The position numbers and the translations under genes are program-made. A stretch of 64,000 nt of DNA from Azolla caroliniana (Eukaryota; Plantae; Polypodiophyta): assembly GCA_043228905.1 (NCBI GenBank), contig JBHGNT010000007.1:8618001-8682000 (forward strand), written 5' to 3'. Shown here one piece after another: positions 10,928 through 23,600 of this stretch. Positions within the stretch are counted from its first letter, which is position 1. The number at the start of each line of letters is the position of its first letter. The notes below the pieces were generated by a model, which did no database searches, had not been told where the DNA came from, and was given only the letters and a program-made list of their open reading frames with translations.

Positions 10928-13900
10928 GAGCATAAAAGAAAACCCCATAAATAATAATGTAAATAAAGATATTCCTTGTACAATCTCATTTAATGGTGCT
11001 ACTTTTATACTAAAAGTAAATAATAATAAAATACAAAATGCTTTCGAGTACTTTAAGTGTTCTGGATTAATAGATGATGATGAAGAAATTCAGGATATGT
11101 TTGAAGAATTAAGTTTTGAAGATACAATAACTCATTTGGAAGCAATGGAAGAAGACAACGAAATCCAAGTTCCTGTCCATTCAATCAAGATGTATGAGGT
11201 CATTGAAGAAGTTGCTCGAAAGGATCATGAAGCAAATGTACTAACAAAGTACAAGACAGTGGAGAAGAAGGTTCGTCCTATTGCTGCTCCACTTCCAGGG
11301 GATAGTGAAAAGGCAATCAAAGAAGCAGCCACAGAGCCAATGTTCAGAGACCCACGAAAGGTAGGACATGTGTTTACTCCGGAAACAATACAAGGGATGA
11401 AAATAGGAGGGGGTGACTTCCTATTACCCGCTGAAGAAAAGCAGTTCAGGGAGATGTTAAAAAGGCATGGAAAGGCGTTCGCATTCCAACCGGAGGAAAT
11501 AGGGTGTGTGGATCCAGAAATTGTGGAGCCCATGGTTATATTCACTATCCCTCATATTCCATGGAATTTTAAGCCAATGCCCATGCCTAGGGCTAGAATC
11601 CCTCAACTATTAGAACTTTTGAAAGAAAAGATAAGGATGGGTATCTTGGAACCATCGAACGCTCCTTACTCGAGTCGATGGTTCACTATGTTAAAGAAAG
11701 ATGGGCGACTCCGATTTATCCAAGATATGCAACCCGTGAATAAGGTAACAATCCGAAACTCGGGAGTAGGGCCAATTGTGGATGAGTTTGCTGAGATGTT
11801 TGCAGGAAGAGCTATATATTCAATGGGAGACCTTTATTCCGGGTATGATCAATTTCAACTTGCTATCAAAAGTCGAGATATAACTTCTATCAAGACACCT
11901 ATAGGGTTAGTACGGATGTGCACCTTGCCGCAAGGAGCGACCAACTCAGTGGCGCATATGATGAATGGAATGAACAAGGTACTTCGTGATTTTATTCCTC
12001 ATATTACAATGCCTTTTCTAGATGATGTTCCAATTAAGGGATGCAAGGAGGAAGAGAAGAACGAGGAATTGGACGAAAGTGGTTGCCGTCAATTCGTTGC
12101 TGATCATATCAAGGATTGTGAGAAGGTGTTATCAAGGATGGAAGAAGTGCATTTGACCTTATCAGGGGCGAAGTCAATATTTGGGGCAAAAGAGATATTA
12201 ATAGTTGGTCATATGTGTGGCCCGTATGGGAAAAAGCCATCCCCAACCAAGGTCAATGCAATTCAAAATATGCAAGAGGAATGTACATCCATCTCAGAAG
12301 TACGAAGGTTTCTGGGGGTATGTGTTTTTTACTGTAAATGGATTCCGCATTATGCCCATTTATCTGAACCTTTATATAGACTCCTAAGAAAAGGAGAGAC
12401 ATTTGAATGGAGTGAAGAGCATTCAGAGGCAATGAAGAAATTGAAGTACTACTTGGCACAAGCTCCACCATTAAAGCAACCAGACTACACCCGGCCCATA
12501 TATCTCACAGTAGACTCTAGTCCCATTGGAATTGGATGGGTGATAAGCCAACAAGATAGGGAAGAAAGGTATCCTGTCCGATTCGGGGCGAAGGTTCTTA
12601 GTGGTCGACAAAGAAAATATGCACAAGTGAAAAGAGAGCTATGGGGGATAGTAACAGCTGTAAAGACGGACAGAGATTACTTAATTGGTGCTGAAGTAAT
12701 AATAGAAACTGATTGTTTGCCTATTCTGGGTATCATAGCTAATTGTGATATTCCAGATCAAGCCATGTTAAGATGGTGTATCTATATTAGATCAATCAAC
12801 CCTGAAGTTCGACATATCTCTGGGAATAGAAATGCAGTAGCAGATATGTTATCAAGAGCAAGGTATGAGGAAGAGGAGATTCCAGACTCGGACGATGAGG
12901 ACAAAGAACAAACAGTCCTTACCACAAGCATTACTCGGGAAGGAGGAATGCAGTTTCTAGAAGAAGAGTATGAAGAAGAATTCAAGGAAATAGGGAAATA
13001 CCTACAAACCCCTGACAAGTACAAAGGTCGATCTGGAAAAGAGTTCGCACAGTTTCGCAAGAAAGCCCATAAGTTCTTCGTGCATGAAGGATATCTATGG
13101 CGACATCCGAAAACCAAGACTGGAAACCCACAAAGAGTAATAGGTTCTGAAGGGCAAAGAAAGGAGATAATCAGAGAGCTGCATGACAAAGAATGGGCTG
13201 TTCATCGAGGAGTGTGGGCCACTTTTAGTAAGATTAAAGAAGGATTTTGGTGGCCTCGATACTATGAGCAAATAAAAAAGTATGTGGAAACTTGTCCCAC
13301 TTGTCAATATTATTCAAATGTAAAATTTTGTGATGAATTACACCCAACATACTCACCGGGGGTGCATTACAAGTGGATGATAGATTTGGTAACAATGCCA
13401 CTTGGAGTAGGACAGAAGAGATACTTGGTTCTTGCTAGAGAAGATCTAACAAATCAAGTGGAAGGTCGTTCATTGCGAACAAAAGGGACATTAGGAGTAT
13501 TTCAATTCATCTTGGAGGACATTGTTTGTAGATATGGATGTATCGAGAAGATAGTGGCAGATAGGGGAGAACTCAATTCTACGGAAGCTCAAGATTTTTT
13601 CGACAAAATAGGAATTCGTCTTTCTTTGACAACGGCGTACAATCCAGAAGCTAATGGAAAGGTAGAAAGGGGACATGGGCCAATAGTCAAAGCTTTGGCA
13701 AAGGCATGTAGAGGACGGGTTAGTGATTGGCCAAAAACCTTACCCTATGCACTATGGGCTGATAGGACAACTCACAGCACTGTTACTGGATATATGCCTG
13801 CAGAATTAATCACAGGACAGAAGCCAATAATGCCAATTGAAGAAAAGATAACTACATGGGTTGTGTTGCCTTGGGAATCGGAAATGAGTAGGGAAGATTT

Positions 13901-14330
13901 ACTTGCAGTTCGAATACGACAACTTCAATCAAGGATAGAAGACATAGAAAAAGCAGCTACTAGATTGAAAGAGGCAAGAATCAAGAATAAGGACAGATTT
14001 GACAAGATGAAAAGAATACGACCAAGAAAGGTGCAAGAGGGAGATTGGGTATTAGTATATGATAATAGCCTAGATAATTAATACAGTACTATTCGGAAGT
14101 TTGCAAAAAGATGGTTTGGACCTTATGAAGTTAGGAAAATAACAGATAAAGCCACATATTTCCTCAATGAATTAGATGGGATAGAAATTCGTATCCCAAT
14201 TGCAGGAAAAAGGATTAAAATATTTAAAAGGAGGGAGTCATTAGAGCCTGAATTTTATGAAGAAGCAGAAGAACTAAAAGAATCGGAAGAAGTGTTGGAT
14301 GAACTCTGCACAACCAATGTGCAAGTTTAG
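10890..14330 (+). CDS. pol: Element B pol: RT-RNase H-integrase (994-aa ORF 11097-14081, premature stop near the end)
   Basis: LRFIQDMQPVN, DLYSGYDQF, LPQGATNS, FLDDVPIKG, VDSS..KRELWG, H...H...CPTC, DLVTMP, DRGE, NGKVE. Confidence 0.93.
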
Positions 14331-14340
14331 AGGGGGTGGG
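14329..14340 (+). promoter_or_regulatory. Element B PPT
   Basis: AGAGGGGGTGGG immediately before the 3' LTR. Confidence 0.85.
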
Positions 14341-15093
14341 TGTCGTGAAGAATGTGCTTCACGATATAAAAATGAGCTTAAATGTTGTATTTAATAATAT
14401 CTGAGGGACTTGAACCCTCAACCTTGTATACCAAGCACCAAGCATACACCACTAAGCTAGGTTAGTTATTTTAGAATGCATTTTCATCATTATAATGATC
14501 TCATATCTATTTTCATACATAGCCATCATTCATCACATGCAATGCATGTGCGCCAAATGGCGATCATGCATTACATGTAACTCATGCATTGCATGCATGC
14601 CATGCTCCCATACATTACCATATGCATGGCAACACTTATATAAAGAGGGGAAAGGGAAAACAAGGAGGGGAATCAAGAGAAAGTGAGAGAAATAAGATAA
14701 TAAAAAAAAACAAACAAGTTAGCTTGTTGGTGAAGAGGCTCGTGTTTCCAAGTTGGAGTCAAGAGTTCGAATCAAGGGTCAGTAGAGAAAGGGTTCATCT
14801 TGCTACCAAACATTGTAAAGTTGGTAAAATCTTGTATTCGTAATACACATCATGTTCATATCATATACTTTTTTGTCTTAAATCATACTTTGTCTCTATC
14901 TTGCGTCTTGAATCATACATTGCCTCTATCTTTTATCTATACTAGTCTCTCTCTCACACATATTACTTTAAACTATTATTCTTCATATCCTTTATCTTCC
15001 TAACATTTGAGCGCAAGCCTTATAAAAGTTCCTTCAACTCCCCTTAACCTTAGTCCCTGCGACTTCGCCGCACAAACCACAACTACCCCGACA
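14341..15093 (+). repeat. Element B 3' LTR
   Basis: Direct repeat of 7987-8739. Confidence 0.95.
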
Positions 15094-15097
15094 ACGC

Positions 15098-17589
15098 GCC
15101 TTGTACATTCAGTTGCAGCACCACGACCGATATTCGGAATACGTGGCCTCTGATCGTTACTTCCAAATCCCGGATAAGCCCGGTCGGTCGGACTGAGCTG
15201 GTATCCGCCATGCGTAACCAGAAGGGGCATGGTTCCCATTCCCGGATGCCCAGGTTGTTGCATGTCCGTCGGCTGATGACATTTACCCTGAGCCTCCGTC
15301 AATAATTGTTCTGGCAATGTCCTTTCCTTTCACGATTGTTGTGATCGCCGGGCTACTTGTATCGACCACAGCTGGTCCTTCCTCCGGGTTGGAGAAGAAT
15401 GTCGGTGCTGGCGTCGGCTTCGGTTTGCTCACGGATGCCTGTAAGTCTGCCGTAAATCGTGGCACCAACTGTAGTAGCCGTGCTAACGACAGCACGATTT
15501 GATAGTCCTGGAGCGCTTGCCACGTCTGGTTTTCTCCTGGCTGTATGATTTCTTCGTCTTTTGGCATATTTTGGTCTCTTACTTCTGCCGCATTCTGTTC
15601 ATTGGCCTCCTTGATCCATTGCGCCGCTTGTTTTCTGATTGCCTCCTGGGCTTCCCACTCGACGGTCTTCCCCTTTGACCGGGTTGTGACCTACTGCACT
15701 TCCGTTATTTCGGCTGTAATCATGTTGACTGCCGGCTGCCCTTCATTGGTTTTGCTTGGGCATTGGTTACTATAATGGCCCTCCTTACGACAGTAATAAC
15801 AGTACACCTTGTGACTGTTGCTCGTTTCTCCTTTGTCCCCGGTTTGGGGGGTGGGTATACTTCGGCGGTCGTCTTCGGCTTTTCGGTTATCCGGTACCGA
15901 TACCGGGTTGTCATTCCTTGTTGCCTCCCGACGTTCCTCTCTTCGGAAAAATCCACGCTTCTGATTCCGTCAGAAATTTCGGTTCCCTTGTCGCCTCTCT
16001 TCTCTGCGTCGTTCGTATTCCGGGGATTCGTCTTGGTCGTACCGGTCCCGGGGGTAGCTATCTCTGTGTTTCTCCTCTCGGTCATAGTTATCGCGTCTTC
16101 TATCAGCGTATCTGTTACCGCGTTCGCGTTGGTGGCGGTCGTCTCTCCGGAATCGATCCTCATCCGGGTCCTGATTGCGCGGTTCTATGTGTCGAACCGG
16201 TGCCGCCTGCCGATTTAACAGGTTATATTCGCATCGGTCCATTGTATGGGCTCGAGAGTTGCAGATCATACATTGTGTCCGCAGGTTGCAGTCTACCGTT
16301 GAGTGGCCCGAATTTAGGCATGTTGTGCATTGTAAGGCCTGTCGGAACCTCAGGTCTTCCTCCTTCGGGAGTGCCCGGTGTAACATCCCCATCGACAAGA
16401 AGGAGCTAGTCTTGTCCATTTCTAAGACCCGATCAATAACTTGGTCCATTGTGTTGGTGCGGAAATCAAGGACTCCGCACATCGTTCGAAGTGGCTCTTT
16501 TAGCGCGGCCAAAAAGACTGCTTTGGCTTCGTCTTCGGGTGGTGCTCTCGTCAGTTGGCTGTGTAGGGTCTGAAACCGAATGATGAATTGTGGCATAGTC
16601 TCGTTCTCTTCCTGCCGGGTGGTGTAGAACTGCCCGACCAATTCCCTTTGCTCAACTTGTCTGTGAAAAAGCCTGAGGAATTTGGCCTTCAAGGCATCGA
16701 ATGTGGCAAAGCTGCCTGGTAAGTGCTTTGCGTGCCATCGGGCCGCCAGTCCTTCAAAGGTCATGCCGAATTCGGCGACTTTGGATCGTTCGGCTTCGGG
16801 CTCTGTCAGTCTTTGGGAGACATGGTTGGCTTCCCATGTTTGGAGGAATGCGTACACGTGTGCCTCCGCGTCGGGCTCATCCCGGTACTTTGGGTATGGG
16901 TACGGCATCGTGTCGTCCAACTGACTCTCCTGCTCTCTCCGCTCTCTGTCCGCTGTTGGCGTCGGTGTGAGAACCTTCGGTTCCTCCGTGGTTGGTGCCG
17001 GTATCCGGTCCTTCAGTTCCTACACGAGTGTTGCCGGTGTCCGGTCCTTTGGCTCCTCCGCGGGTGTTGTCAGTATCCGCTCCTTCGGTTCCTTCGCGGG
17101 TGTTGTCGGTATCCGCTCCTTCGGTTCCTTCGCGGGTGTTGTCGATATCCGGTCAGCCTCCCTCGACGATTGCCGGTCACCGAACTCCAAGGTTATTTCT
17201 TCCTCTGGCTCCGGTGTTACTGAGTCTTCCGACTCCTCTTCCCCCAGGTCGTTTGGTGTGTCGTGGCTGCTTTTATACCGGGACGCAACGCTTCTGTCGC
17301 TTTCCGAATCCGCCTCGAGTGTTGCGAATGCTTCCGAGTCCCCGTCGCCACCGGCGAGCGTCTGTAGTATCGTTTCCGCCTCTTGCAGGCTTGTTATGCT
17401 ACTGCCTTCGTCGGGGACTTGCAGAACCCGGAACTGCAGTGCTTCTTCTACGACTCTCCGAAGAGTTCTAGAGAATGACCGATCTCGCCGGATCTCGTCG
17501 ATGGCTTGTTGCAGGGCTTCCCGTCGTTGCTCTCGTTCGGTGTATCGTCTCCCTCGTTCGGTGATGTGGTCGTCGTTTGGTCTAGACAT
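15098..17589 (-). pseudogene. gag: Element A gag (three CCHC knuckles) and start of protease
   Basis: MSRPNDD start at 17589; YPKYRDEPDAEAHV; CTTCLNSGHSTVDC, CMICNSRAHTMDRC, CYYCRKEGHYSNQC; IIDGGS; frameshifted. Confidence 0.88.
16955..17152 (-). repeat. 36-bp tandem repeat (about 5 copies) encoding IPTTPAKEPKER in A gag
   Basis: GTGTTGTCGGTATCCGCTCCTTCGGTTCCTTCGCGG repeated with decay. Confidence 0.8.
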
Positions 17590-17625
17590 CCATCCCCCGG
17601 TTGTCCTCTGCAGTTTGCAGGAATC

Positions 17626-17635
17626 GTGGTCGCCA
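17626..17635 (-). promoter_or_regulatory. Element A PBS, tRNA-Arg(UCG)-like
   Basis: Minus strand LTR-CA CTATTT TGGCGACCAC. Confidence 0.8.
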
Positions 17636-17641
17636 AAATAG

Positions 17642-17988
17642 TGTTGTCTGCCTGGCCGGACTAGCCACAACACAAGTGTCTATCCGACACTTCTCCAAAG
17701 GGGTGGTAAGGATTGGATGCTAGGTTACACGCGTAAGATGATTACACTAAGCACAGACGGTAAAACAATACAAAGACAAAGATAAACACGCAATAAGTAT
17801 AATTGTATTACTTCCGTAAAGCATTTACACTAGGCATCCGGCAAGGTTACAATCGGTGCGCTTAGGCAACCGGCATCTGAATCGGTCCGGATCCGTCCCT
17901 CCGAATAATAAATATACTATTATTTAATTCCTATTATTCAATCCGACTCCGCCCTCCCACTTGTCCTTGCTCTTCTGACCGGCCAACA
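17642..17988 (-). repeat. Element A 5' LTR
   Basis: Direct repeat of 786-1174 with two short deletions. Confidence 0.95.
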
Positions 17989-17993
17989 ATCGA

Positions 17994-18256
17994 TTGATCC
18001 AGAAATAGGACGACGGGCCCTAGAGATAAGAGAGCCGCATTCAGTGCATGTGTAGAATTTGAAAAGCAAAATGAAGATCAATCCACATGCTACTGTTGTG
18101 CCATTCTTAGTAATGGTAGACCTAGATCAAGGCCCAACTATAGCGGACTTCAAGTACAGTTCGGCAGGTGATTATACATACTATGTGATTGGAGGATCCC
18201 ACTCTACTAAAGCCCAACGTCAACTTTTTAAGTAGTATCCTCTTACACCCTTCTTC
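17994..18256 (+). pseudogene. ParB-like/DNA methyltransferase gene, segment 2 (ParB/Srx-like core)
   Basis: IDPEIGRRALEIREPHSVHV*NLKSKMKINPHATVVPFLVMVD...YTYYVIGGSHSTKAQRQLFK*YPLTPFF. In frame with both flanking segments across TSDs ATCGA and TCTTC. YYVIGGSHS (18179-18205) resembles the ParB Y-x-x-x-[DG]G-x-HR motif. Confidence 0.75.
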
Positions 18257-20611
18257 TTTTGAGATATCGGTCCCTCCGGATGGGGACTGGTCGAGCCAGA
18301 TTGGAGGATCCAAAGGAGAAAGCAATATCGGATGGATCCAGAAGGATACTTGGAAGCCAGACTGGATGGAACTGGAATTAGTCCGGCCGAATCCGGTATG
18401 AACCGGAAGAAAGACAGATATGTAAATACGTTTCATATGGGCCGTTGAGGCCACATTTTTAAATAGCCTGTAAGTTATATAAGTATAAATATAACTTAGG
18501 GCAAATATGATGTGTAGTATATCATCATTACAGTTGTTGTTGTTGTACAGAAAGAGATAGAGGGAGAGAGGGAGAGAGAGAAACAGAAATCATTTTCTGT
18601 TGTAACCGCCGGTTCGCGAAGGTAGAACATGAGGTCATTGCCTCTTAGTCTCATACCATTGTACCATTTCTTCCTCATAATGATAGTTGGAGTCTATGGG
18701 CTCCTTTGGTTTTTCCTGACTAGGGTTTTCCATGTTAACATCTTGTGTTGTCTTTTATATCTTGTCAAGTGCATTGTTACTTTTTGTTTACTTCTTCCAT
18801 CGTGTGTTTGAAACTCGGTTGTGGCCGAGCATTATTCCTATCAATCTGGGATCAGAGCAGGGAAGACCCATTTTGTGGCATGTTCAAGCTCACCGGCTCT
18901 AACTACCCAGTGTGGAAGTCGAAGTTGAGGGACATATTGGTTGTTAAAGATCTCTGGCTGCCGGTATAGTTTGGAGACAAAAGACTGGAAAAGATTGATG
19001 TCGTGACCTGGGAGGTGATGCATATGAAGACGACGGCTTACATCCGATACTACATCAACATGAGCTTGTACAACAACTTCAATGAAGAAAATAAGGCTCA
19101 TGTGCTCTAGGAGAGAATTGGTACCATGTTGGAGAGTAAGAATGTTGTGAATCGGGTCTCAGTATTCTGGAAGTTAGTGACTCCTTCGATACCAAAACGG
19201 CTCTAGTATGGTGGAGCACATGAATGCCTTCCAAGGGCTCATAAATCAAACAACCTCGTTGGAATTACGTCTAGTTGACGAGGCACTCGTGTTGCTCTTG
19301 CTCGGTTCCCTCCCAGATAGTTGGGAGATGCTAGTTGTGACTTTGGGCAATGCCGAGGCGGAAGGAAAACACCTGTACCTAGCAAGGGTAAAATCAAGCT
19401 TGCTGGATAAAGACGCTCGCTGGAAGGACCAAAAATCTAGAAACGATCCGCATGCCTTGTGTAAAAGTGAATATGCGGACGCTAAGATAGAACCAGTTAC
19501 ACCGGATAGCAACAGAGAATAAACACAGGGTTTAATGGAAGCTTAGAATACACGAGAGAGACAGAGACAGAGAGAGCAAAACAGTAATCTTAATTTCAAA
19601 ATAATAACATTCTGTAGATACAGTGTTTAGTGAGCACTTTTATACAAGTCCTTACACGGACTGACAGAAGTACTAACATGTACTTCAATGATCATACGAG
19701 CAACTGAAACCAACTCCCAAAAATATGCCTACGTACTAGGCTAGATTTGTAGGCTTTTAATGGCCTACCAATCTAGCTCTCTGATCCGGCTCCTACTTCC
19801 GGATACCATTTAGACACCGATCCGGATCCGGTTGACCTTGTCCACTCAACAGTCCCCCTCAAGCTCAACTTGAGGTCGGATTGAAGTGTCTGTGTCTGTG
19901 GTAGCTAGTCCTCCCCTTCGGCTCCACCTGTCGTCTTCTCCCCTTGCTCATTCTACTCTACCGGTCCGGTTCGGCTTTCCTCGACCCGTCTGGTTCCACA
20001 CTCCTCGACCTTCTCAGTTAGCTTGTGTGCTCATAAGGCCCTTCACAACTCCTTCGATGTTGCGTCTTCGGCACGTCTCGACCTGTCAGTTCCTCCGTGT
20101 CGGTGTTGTTGTGGTTATTAGGGTTAGGGTTAATGATAATGGTAAAAAATGATAGGAATAGGGTTAACGATGATGATGGTAGTGATGATGAACGATGTGA
20201 TGGCAAGATTGAGAAGCATTGCGGAGTGGGCGGTGGTGCCTAGAATGGCTCCACCCCCCTCCCAAGGGGGTTCAACGTAAGAGAGAAGGAAGATAGAGAA
20301 AAATGACAAGAGAGAGAAATTGAGAGAGAAATGTTCATTTCATGTTTCATTCATCCATAAGGGGTTAAATAGTTACAAGAGGGGGTAGATACATAGGGAT
20401 GCAAACCCCCTTGTCCATTCACACTAATCATTCACTCACACCTCCTCGTATCTATCCACATGCACAGACGTGTGCATGTGTACATATACACATCTACTCA
20501 CACTCACAATTACACTTACACATATACATATACACATTAACAACATTATAGCATTCAACCCTCGCTCATCACACTCTACATCTCCCATACATCCCGTACG
20601 GTAACACATTA

Positions 20612-20627
20612 TGGCACGCCCGTGGGA
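20612..20627 (+). promoter_or_regulatory. Element C: PBS-like tRNA-Arg(UCU) site at the PPT position
   Basis: TGGCACGCCCGTGGGA, identical to 1177-1192, 5 nt from the LTR. Confidence 0.65.
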
Positions 20628-23600
20628 GAGTGCGTTGCACGTCGATCCCACATGCCTTGATTGTCATCTTTCTTCGACCAGAACTTCTATCGGTCTTCTC
20701 ATCGATCGGAACACTTGACTCGAACATCTCCTTCGGTCAGCGAATCTTCCTCGACACGAACATTCTCGTTCTATCAGCTCACGAACTTTGGTATCATCAT
20801 TCGGGTCGTCAAAAAAACCTTGTGTGTATGTGTATTCTTCCTTGTATTTTGTGAGTTGTTGTAAGTATATCTTGTCTATTTCTTTCAGGTTAATGAGTTT
20901 TCGAAATTTCCTTACTACCCTTTAGTTTTTTTAAAATTCTATTATATACACTCGAGTTTTTGAAACTTCATTTGGTACCCTCAGGATTTCGAAACTTGTT
21001 GTGTACCCCTATTTTTCTTTTTCCCTCTCTTTTTGTTTTCATTTTCATTTATAATTTCACTTTTCCTTTCCCTTATGTATTTGTTTTCTTCTCTCTTCTC
21101 TCTTTTCTTCAGTCTGCCTCTTCTGCTTCCATCCTTTGTCTTTCTTTTTCTCGTTCTTTTGTCTTTCCTTCTCGTTCTTTCGGCTTTTCTTCGGTTTCCC
21201 TCTTCTGTGTCTTTACTTTCTACTCATCTTGTTTCTCTCTTTCTCCTTTCTCTTTCTTCTTCTCTTTCTGTGTAGTATCTTGTCGTTTCTTCCTCCGCCC
21301 ATCGTTGTCATTGTCTCCTTTGCTTTTTCGCGGCTCTATCATTGTCGCTGGCTTTGGTGTCGGTCGTCATTCAGCGTCTCCTCTGTCTTGTTTCCGTTTC
21401 GGCTGTCACCATTGTCAGTTGTCTATCCGTTGGAGTCTGCATCTGTTCTTTCATCGTCGGTGTCTACGTTTGTCTCTCGAGCTCCATTGTCGTCCAGCCC
21501 ATCATTTCGGTGGCCGTCTCCATCATGGTCCGGTCGTTGTCTCCATTCTGGTTGATGTCCGGTTGTTGTTCGACCACTATCTGGGCACTCCGACCAGTTC
21601 GACTGTTGTTCGGCCGCTCCGTTGTCCGATCCGGCCCATCCACTGTGTGGGGAAAAGAAGAGAAAGAGTAATAGAAAGAAAAGGGAGAGAGAGAGAGAGA
21701 GCCTAGATGGATGTAGCTTAGTTCGTAAGGTTTCCCAATGGAGACCAGGTGGTCATGGGTGTGACCCCTACATTCCACAGTGGCATTTAATGAATTAAGA
21801 GATATATAAGAAGTATATAATAGAGAGGTGAGGAAGTTGGGTTTCGAACTCACAATGCAGTGCTTGTAGTGCTAACAACTTACCAAATTACAATAAAAAA
21901 GAGAAAGAGAGAGAGAGAGAACAAAAACAGTTATATTATTACACCCTAACTATTACATCATTTGTGGTGGCTTTATAAGCCCACCACCAATACAATTACG
22001 GTTTCCTTCTCATGAAGGAAACTGTATTCTAAAGTTTAATAACTATTTATTTATTTATTCTTATAATTATTATTATTTTCCACACTCCCCCCTAAGCGAA
22101 AATTTCTAGAAGTGTAGATTTTCATCTTTGTCTTCGATTACATCAATTAATCCAACTTGCTTGGAATAAACAATGTGCTTAGAATGTTGAAGAGGTTTCG
22201 TTAGAAAATCAGCCCACATTTGTTGAGTGGGAGCAAACTTTAACTCTATCTTCTTTGTTTCAATGAGATCGCGAAGAAAATGATGTTTTAAGTCCACATG
22301 ACATATATTGTCGCTCATCTTTGGATTGTTGGCTAACTTGATGCAAGATTGATTATCGCAAAACAAAGTCACTGTTGGAATATAACTAGTTTAAATTCTT
22401 CAAGCATAGCTTTAATCCATATGCAACTTACTAGATATCGTATACACCCAAGGATTTGTTTATAGGGTACATCCTTCATTTCGGAAATTTCTCATTCATT
22501 TTTGTGAGAATCATCATTTGAAAGTTTACATGGAGAGGTAAGAGGAGTACTAATAGGTTTACTATGAAGCATATCAAATCTTCAGAAAATAGAATTAATG
22601 TAGTTTGATTGTGATAATGAGATAATATGATTTGTTCTATTTTGAGTTACTTTGATGCCTAGAAAATGTGTCATAGGGCCTAAATCGGTAATAGGAAAAA
22701 CATATGTGAGTTCCTTCATTGCAATAGCTAGATAAGATTTAGAATTAGAGATCTAGGGCAAATCATCAACATAAACACTTATGATAACAAAATTGGATTT
22801 GGCTTTTCTAACATATATATTTGGCTCATTGTTTAGACGATGATATCCAACTTTTATAAGAAAAGAGTGTAGTTTGTGATACCATATGCGTGGAGATTGC
22901 TTAAGGCCGTAAATAGATTTACGAAGTCGACAAACATCTGTTGGATGACTTGGATCTTCAAAAAATTGTGGTTGTTCTAAATAAAGTTCTTCATTTTAAT
23001 CTCCATGAAGAAAAGCCATTTGTACATCCACGTGATGCAACTCTAGATCATGTTGGGAGGCAAGAGCAACGAGCATTCGAAAACCACATATTTTTAGCGT
23101 TGGACTAAATGTATCTTGAAAATCAATACCTGGTACTTGAGAAACAGCAACAACACGAGCCTTGAAGCGAATTGGATTACCATTACTATCTCGCTTTATG
23201 CGTAAGACCCATTTAGAACCAATTATTTGTCGATCTTTTGGAGGCTCAATGAGGGTCCACGTACCATTTTTAATTAAAGCCTTCATTTCTTCTTCCATAG
23301 CCTTTCTCCATTTGATAGAATCCGATCCGGAAAGTGCATCTTTGGCCGATAGATTTGTGTCATCACTAAGGGTTGGAATATCTTCTTCTTGTATATAAGT
23401 TTCATGGTCCAAGTCCACAAAATGTGCTTCCATTTGATCAAGTTGTTCATAAATACTATTTAGAGATCTATACTTTTGAGGTGTAGAGTTTGGTGGAGAA
23501 GTTGGTGATGAAGCTTGGAATGAAGGATTAGGAGAGGGAGTGGAGAAGATAACATTATTTTTATTGTTAGAGGGAGTTAAACAATGTGTATTTAAAGGAG

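Larger units (their letters stand above)
7987..15093 (+). mobile_element. Element B: Ty3/gypsy LTR retrotransposon, tRNA-Trp primed, inserted in A's protease
   Basis: 753-bp LTRs 7987-8739 and 14341-15093 (about 8 differences by eye); 4-bp TSD ACGC (7983-7986 / 15094-15097); removal restores A's VQGAYPLLLGRPWL. Confidence 0.95.
786..17988 (-). mobile_element. Element A: Ty3/gypsy non-chromoviral (Athila/Tat-like) LTR retrotransposon with extra 3' ORF
   Basis: LTRs 786-1174 and 17642-17988 (TG...CA); TSD ATCGA at 781-785 and 17989-17993; gag-PR-RT-RH-INT on minus strand. Confidence 0.95.

Noticed and set aside
20117-20132. TTAGGG telomere-like repeats at C's LTR edge (also about 42586)
   Set aside because: Only 2-3 units; telobox-like AAACCCTA/AACCCTA motifs are common in plant 5' regions.
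20960-21706. 248-aa hydrophobic ORF (and 40871-41782) that could look like a membrane or env protein
   Set aside because: Antisense to C's E/K/R-rich strand; low-complexity pyrimidine bias explains the hydrophobicity.
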